Assembly (NCBI GenBank): GCA_964345555.1 | Contig: CAYFRD010000001.1 | Span: 9,672 to 73,671, forward strand | Source: an uncultured Peptoniphilus sp. | Lineage (GTDB): Bacteria; Bacillota; Clostridia; Tissierellales; Peptoniphilaceae | Length of the DNA stretch: 64,000 bases | Direction: 5' to 3' | Shown here: positions 59,527 to 64,000 of the stretch, piece by piece | Position numbering within the stretch: position 1 is the stretch's first letter | Layout: each line of letters starts with the position of its first letter | Notes under the pieces: model-generated | What the model saw: the letters and a program-made list of their open reading frames with translations, nothing else | Database searches by the model: none | Told to the model about the DNA's origin: nothing | Program-made: the position numbers and the translations under genes

Positions 59527-60077
59527 ATTATTTCAATTCCCATATTTTTTAATTCTTCAATGTTCTTTAAGTGATCTTCCTTGCTCACATATCCCACTCC
59601 ATCTAAAAACATCTTCACATTTTTGCCGTTGTTTTTCAATTCCAAGATAGTTTCTCTAACACAGTATTCACTGGCAAGACCACAGACTATGAATTCATCA
59701 GATTTTAAATCTGAAATTGATTCTCCATCGGAATTTTTTGCATAATAGGCGGAATACTCCTCAACTTCATCATTTTTTCCCTTTTTGTAGATGTTCGACT
59801 TTGCAGGTTTAAATACCTCATTTTCTACGGTGTCAAATTTTGAAGAAAGCTCTCCACCTTTCTCTCCCTCTACACAATGAACGGGCCAGATTCCTCCATT
59901 TACAGAAAAAGATTTGTTAGTAAAACTGTGAGCATCCATGGAGTATACAACTTTGTCAAAATCATCATAATTTATTTTTTTAACGATGTTTTCAACCGCA
60001 TTTTCCGAATTTTCACAGGCAAGACTTCCATCTATAAAGTCATTTTGTGCATCTACTACGATTAAAGTCTTCATCAT
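59523..60077 (-). CDS. Isochorismatase-family cysteine hydrolase, nicotinamidase (PncA)-like
   Basis: TLIVVDAQNDF motif, catalytic Cys context CGLASEYCV, 184 aa. It has 4-nt overlaps with both neighbours. Confidence 0.75.
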   Translation of the reverse strand: MMKTLIVVDAQNDFIDGSLACENSENAVENIVKKINYDDFDKVVYSMDAHSFTNKSFSVNGGIWPVHCVEGEKGGELSSKFDTVENEVFKPAKSNIYKKGKNDEVEEYSAYYAKNSDGESISDLKSDEFIVCGLASEYCVRETILELKNNGKNVKMFLDGVGYVSKEDHLKNIEELKNMGIEII

Positions 60078-60574
60078 ATCAACTTCTTCACAGCTTCAAA
60101 GGCAGCATCAAAATTCACTTCATGAGTTGCTTCTTCAACATATTCCACATATTCGATCTTGTCATCTCTGTCAACAACTACTACTCCCCTTGTCAAAAGT
60201 TTTAAATCTTTAATTAAAAATCCGTATTTCAAACCGAAATCATGATCCTTATAATCGGAAATTATCATGGAGTTTTCAATTCCTTCAACAGCACAAAATC
60301 TTGCTTGTGCAAAGGGAAGATCGTTGGAGATGGTTATAACTACAACGTCATCACCCAGTTTAGTGGCTTCTTCGTTAAATGCTCTTGCTTGTAGAGAACA
60401 AACTCCGGTATCTATTGACGGAACTACGGAATAAACTTTGATTTTTCCTTTGTAGTCCTCGGAGTTGAAGGGAGATAAATCATTTTTTACTGCTACGAAA
60501 TTCTCAGCCTTTTCCCCTACAGCTACTTGAGTTCCTTCCAATTTCATCTCTGTACCGCCGAATTTTATATTCAT
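60074..60574 (-). CDS. tpx: Thiol peroxidase (atypical 2-Cys peroxiredoxin)
   Basis: VPSIDTGVCSLQ peroxidatic Cys context and the resolving Cys in ARFCAVEG; 166 aa. Confidence 0.9.
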   Translation of the reverse strand: MNIKFGGTEMKLEGTQVAVGEKAENFVAVKNDLSPFNSEDYKGKIKVYSVVPSIDTGVCSLQARAFNEEATKLGDDVVVITISNDLPFAQARFCAVEGIENSMIISDYKDHDFGLKYGFLIKDLKLLTRGVVVVDRDDKIEYVEYVEEATHEVNFDAAFEAVKKLI

Positions 60575-60692
60575 AATTTTCCTCCTAATTTTATTTATAT
60601 CTTATATATAATAATATCCATTTATCAATAAAAATAACTTTTTCCCTTAAAAATGATATAATGGTACATATTTATAAACTGGAGTGAAATTT

Positions 60693-61865
60693 ATGAGATA
60701 CAAACACAAGGCTGTAGTCTTAGGAACAAATTACTACATAGGACTTTCCGTCGTAAGAAACCTCGGTCGCAATGGCGTGAGCGTAACGACGATTGATTAT
60801 GAAAATCACAACTACGGTGTTTCAAAATACGTCAGAGAAAGATTGATCGCCCCTCACTACCAAAAGCAGGAAAAGGAACTGGTGGAATTTTTGATAAATT
60901 ATGCCAAAAAACAAGCTCATAAACCTGTGCTCTTCCCCACGGCGGATCTCTATGTGGAATTTATGGAAGATAATTATGATGCTCTCAAAGAATACTACCT
61001 GTGGCCCAACGACAAAAAGGGTCTGCAAAGAAAGTTGATGGACAAACAATCCCTTCTTGAATTCACTGAACCCTTGGGAATTAAAACACCCGAGATAATA
61101 CCAATGGACGATAAAAATCTGATTGAAAGGGTAAATAATGAGCTGGGATATCCCTGCATCGTCAAACCAAAGGATTCCATGCCCTTTGTGAACAAGTACA
61201 GATCCAAGGTATTCAGAATTCACGACGAAAGGGAATTGAAAGAGAAGATAGACATGTGCAAAAAAGACGGACAGGAAGTCTTCGTTCAAAAAATCATATC
61301 CGGTCCCGAATCCAACTGCTACTCCTTCGACGTCTACATGGACAAAAACGGAGAAGCCGTAAGCTATCTCACAACGTCCAAAATAAGACAATGGCCTATA
61401 AATTTCGGTGCCAGTACCTATGCGAAGCAAGAGTACATTCCCGAACTCTACGATATTTGCGTTCCTCTTTTCAAAAGCGTGGGATACAGAGGATTTGCCG
61501 AAGTGGAATTAAAAAGAGATGTACGAAACGACGTCATATATTTGGTTGAAGTAAACGTGCGATTTGTAAATTTCACAGAACTTCACTGCCACATGGGTAT
61601 GAACACGCCAATGATGTACTTCCTGGATTCCATAGGCGAAGAGTATTACGGAGCAAAGATAAAAGAGAATAAAGAAGTTTATTGGAAGTACCTCTATGAA
61701 GATATCTCCGCCATTAAGGCTTATCTCTCCACAGGACAGATGACCTTGGGAGACATATTGTCCACCTACAGATTAAAAAAAGTCCCTTCTACTTGGGCGG
61801 CAGATGATCCCAAACCGGCATGGACGTTCTTTAAATGGGCGCTTACTCACAAATTTACTAAATAA
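60693..61865 (+). CDS. ATP-grasp domain protein (COG3919-like carboxylate-amine ligase)
   Basis: Start at ATG 60693 behind GGAGTG; a TGATATAAT extended -10 lies upstream. Pre-ATP-grasp N-terminus AVVLGTNYYIGLSVVRNLGRNGV; ATP-grasp core YPCIVKPKDS...FVQKIISGP...GFAEVELK...YLVEVNVRF. Confidence 0.7.
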   Translation: MRYKHKAVVLGTNYYIGLSVVRNLGRNGVSVTTIDYENHNYGVSKYVRERLIAPHYQKQEKELVEFLINYAKKQAHKPVLFPTADLYVEFMEDNYDALKEYYLWPNDKKGLQRKLMDKQSLLEFTEPLGIKTPEIIPMDDKNLIERVNNELGYPCIVKPKDSMPFVNKYRSKVFRIHDERELKEKIDMCKKDGQEVFVQKIISGPESNCYSFDVYMDKNGEAVSYLTTSKIRQWPINFGASTYAKQEYIPELYDICVPLFKSVGYRGFAEVELKRDVRNDVIYLVEVNVRFVNFTELHCHMGMNTPMMYFLDSIGEEYYGAKIKENKEVYWKYLYEDISAIKAYLSTGQMTLGDILSTYRLKKVPSTWAADDPKPAWTFFKWALTHKFTK

Positions 61866-62070
61866 TATAAAATAATCTACTGGTTTTATAAAAAGCTTTT
61901 AAATGAGCTAACATTTGGAACATATCGATATGAATTACCCGTAAAGCAAACCAAAAAACACACTATTTAAACTAAATTCGTTTGTGTTTTTAGACGAATA
62001 AGCGGAACAATTCACGATATGCGTAAACAGCTGGGGAATTAAAGGCTTTTTATATTTTATATAATTTTTT

Positions 62071-62097
62071 AGCAAGGTACTCCTTGCTCTTTTTTTA
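62071..62097 (+). terminator. Strong plus-strand intrinsic terminator with no adjacent ORF
   Basis: AGCAAGG-TACT-CCTTGCT followed by CTTTTTTTATTT. It lies 206 nt after the ATP-grasp stop and about 120 nt before the next gene. Confidence 0.65.
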
Positions 62098-62218
62098 TTT
62101 CCTATATAAATCATTATATAAAAATTTTTCAATTCTCTTTTTACTTTACATTAAATTTATCTCATATAAATAATATATCCATATTTCTCTGCTAAAGTTA
62201 TCCGAAGAGGTGATATAT

Positions 62219-62992
62219 TTGTCTTTTTATTTTGCATCGCCTTTGATGTGGGATTTCCCCGTTGAAGAAATTTTTGATTTTGCAAAAGAAAATAATTTCT
62301 CAGGAATGGAAATCTGGGCGGAACACATTAGAAACAAAGCCTATGAACCTGATAAAATTAAAAATCTATTTAAAAAACACGATCTTAATTTAACGTTTCA
62401 CGCATCCAGTTGGGATTTAAATCTATGTGCTCTTAATAAATCTATAAGGAGAGCAAGTATTGACGAAATCAAAAAAGATATAGATCTTTCGTATTTTATA
62501 GGAATTGATGAAATTACTCTACATCCAGGACGGGTAAGCGTAGCTTTGGACAGTTTCAATTATGGGGCAACACTTTACGATTCTTTGACAGAGATTTGTC
62601 AGTATGCTCAATCAAAAAATATTCAAATTTCACTTGAAATCATGGAAAAAATTCCAAAGGAATTCATAACTTCTTTAGAACAAGTGCAAAGCATGGCTGA
62701 AGATTTGATGAATTTTTTGAAAATAACCTTGGATCTTGCTCATTGCGACAGCTTGGAAGAAGCTTACCATATTTTTAAAAAATCAAACAATATTTCAAAG
62801 GTTCATATTTCCAACCGCAGAGAAAACAAGTACCATACAGCTTTAGATGATGGAATTTTTGATTTAAGAGAAATTCTGACTTATATATATAATCTGAATC
62901 TGCCCATGGTCATCGAAGGATTGGAAATCGGCAAAGAAGCAAAGTTTTTAAAAAGAAATATCAATTATTTAAAGGAGTTAAATCTATTATGA
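62219..62992 (+). CDS. Xylose isomerase-like TIM-barrel protein (sugar phosphate isomerase/epimerase family)
   Basis: Pattern FSGMEIWAEH...LTFHAS...EITLHPG...ISLEIME...LDLAHC. The preferred start is TTG 62219 just after AGAGGTGA; the track start is GTG 62210. Confidence 0.7.
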   Translation: MSFYFASPLMWDFPVEEIFDFAKENNFSGMEIWAEHIRNKAYEPDKIKNLFKKHDLNLTFHASSWDLNLCALNKSIRRASIDEIKKDIDLSYFIGIDEITLHPGRVSVALDSFNYGATLYDSLTEICQYAQSKNIQISLEIMEKIPKEFITSLEQVQSMAEDLMNFLKITLDLAHCDSLEEAYHIFKKSNNISKVHISNRRENKYHTALDDGIFDLREILTYIYNLNLPMVIEGLEIGKEAKFLKRNINYLKELNLL

Positions 62993-64000
62993 AAAAATTA
63001 TTGGTTTTATTGTTAAGTCTACTTATGTTGACAGCATGCGGAGGAAATTCCGGCGAAACTGCTGAAAACACAAAAAAACAATGCGGCTACAAACACAGCG
63101 CAAAATTCCAAAGAAGAAAAACCTGACGAAGAAAAGGAAGAAACTGAAACAGCCGAAGAAACAACAGACGGAGCAACGGGTTCAATCACACTTTACACTT
63201 CTCAACCTGAACAAGATGCTCAAAAACTTGTTGACGAATTTAAAAAGTCAAACCCCGATGCTGAAGTAATGGTGTTCCGTTCGGGAACTGAGGAAGTTGT
63301 ATCCAAGATTCTTGCTGAAAAAGAGGTTGGCGATGTGCAAGCCGATGTAATATTGGTTGCAGATACTGTAACTTTCCAAACCTTGAAGGAAAAAGACATT
63401 TTGATGAGCTACGATTCAAAGGAACTTGCAAACATAGATGAAAAATTCTACGACAAGGACAAATACTATGTCGCAACTAAGATAATCTCCACAGGTGTAG
63501 TTGTAAATACCGACTTGTACGACGGCGAAGTGACAGGATTTAAATCTCTTACAGATCCCGCTCTAAAGGACAACACCATCATGCCCAGTCCACTATATTC
63601 AGGAGCTGCAGCTTACAATCTAGGAGTTCTTACGAGAACTGACGGATTGGGTTGGGAATATTACCAAGCTCTTAAAGACAACGGAATCTTAGTAGACAAA
63701 GGTAACGGAGCAATTCAAAAATCAGTCGTAGCAGGACAAAAGGCTGCAGGTATTTTAGTAGATTACATGGCTATGCGTTCAAAAGCTGAAGGCGCTCCAG
63801 TGGAATTCATCTATCCCGAAGAAGGATCGCCCTACGTTACTGAACCTATCGGAATAGTAAATGGTACTCAAAACGAAGCACTTGCAAAGGCATTTCTTGA
63901 CTTTGTAATCTCAAAAGATGGACAAGAACTTGCTTCAAGCATGGGTTACACTCCCATAAGATCTGATGTTGCAACACCTGAAGGACTAAGAAGCGTAGAT
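62989..64000 (+). pseudogene. ABC transporter substrate-binding lipoprotein (Fbp/iron(III)-type PBP2 fold), frameshifted at an A7 run; 3' end beyond the window
   Basis: ATG 62989 overlaps the upstream stop (ATGA) and gives MKKLLVLLLSLLMLTACGG (lipobox). That frame ends at TGA 63127. After the A7 run (63072..63078) the +1 frame is open to base 64000: ...GSITLYTSQPEQDAQKLVDEFKKSNPDAEVMVFRSGTEEV...ADVILVAD...GYTPIRSDV. Confidence 0.8.

Noticed and set aside
60822-61430. 202-aa ORF antisense to the ATP-grasp gene, and similar antisense ORFs inside uvrA (for example 19228..19824 and 20346..20771), uvrB, hcp, ggt and the SLH protein
   Set aside because: All are embedded in genes with strong homology on the other strand. 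They lack SD sequences and have shadow-frame compositions.
63072-63078. A AAA AAA run as a programmed -1 ribosomal frameshift site in the lipoprotein gene
   Set aside because: The downstream frame is +1, not -1, relative to the start, so classical -1 slippage cannot join the two parts. No downstream stimulatory structure was noticed either.
1-64000. CRISPR arrays, tandem repeats, IS elements, prophage or defence islands
   Set aside because: Reading both strands, I found no regularly spaced direct repeats, no transposase, integrase or recombinase, and no restriction, toxin-antitoxin or other recognisable defence genes. The DUF853/HerA-like ATPase has no nuclease or effector partner next to it.

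Overview
This is a 64-kb chromosomal segment from a low-GC, Firmicutes-type anaerobe. The gene content looks Clostridia/Tissierellia-like (hcp/HcpR-type cluster, an SLH-anchored surface protein, an ECF folate transporter, AmmeMemoRadiSam genes); this taxonomic placement is inference only. I can support about 55 protein genes, one tRNA-Thr(CGU), one THF riboswitch and a set of intrinsic terminators. I saw no rRNA, CRISPR array, transposase, integrase or phage module.

Recognisable content, left to right:
- DUF445 protein (partial), then a two-gene AmmeMemoRadiSam module
- tRNA-Thr, HtrA protease, PepD, DegV/DUF1836, a DUF853 ATPase
- a BceRS-BceAB-type peptide-antibiotic sensing/detoxification module, then an L,D-transpeptidase
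- uvrA-uvrB, pgeF, folT (THF riboswitch) divergent from folC
- Crp/Fnr regulator, ferredoxin and hcp
- a roughly 1,860-aa SLH/PHP/OB-fold surface protein
- ggt, ogt, an alanine:cation symporter, hutG
- a short UvrA paralogue with a MarR regulator
- ppx-ppk1, a heterodimeric ABC exporter, a PII-like protein coupled to a CPA2 antiporter
- rlmH, nicotinamidase-like gene and tpx, an ATP-grasp enzyme, and the start of an ABC uptake operon

Several genes are disrupted. Two have single in-frame stop codons (BceB-type permease, TAA; ppk1, TAG). At least four have 1-nt frameshifts at short homopolymers (the SLH protein twice, the CPA2 antiporter, and the ABC substrate-binding lipoprotein).

I did not find a convincing brand-new multi-gene system such as a defence island. 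The best candidates for follow-up are:
- the fused AmmeMemoRadiSam pair
- the PII-like/antiporter pair
- the UvrB-binding-domain-less UvrA paralogue with MarR and a 28-nt palindrome
- the giant PHP/OB/SLH surface protein

All homology calls come from motif recognition by eye. No database search was run.
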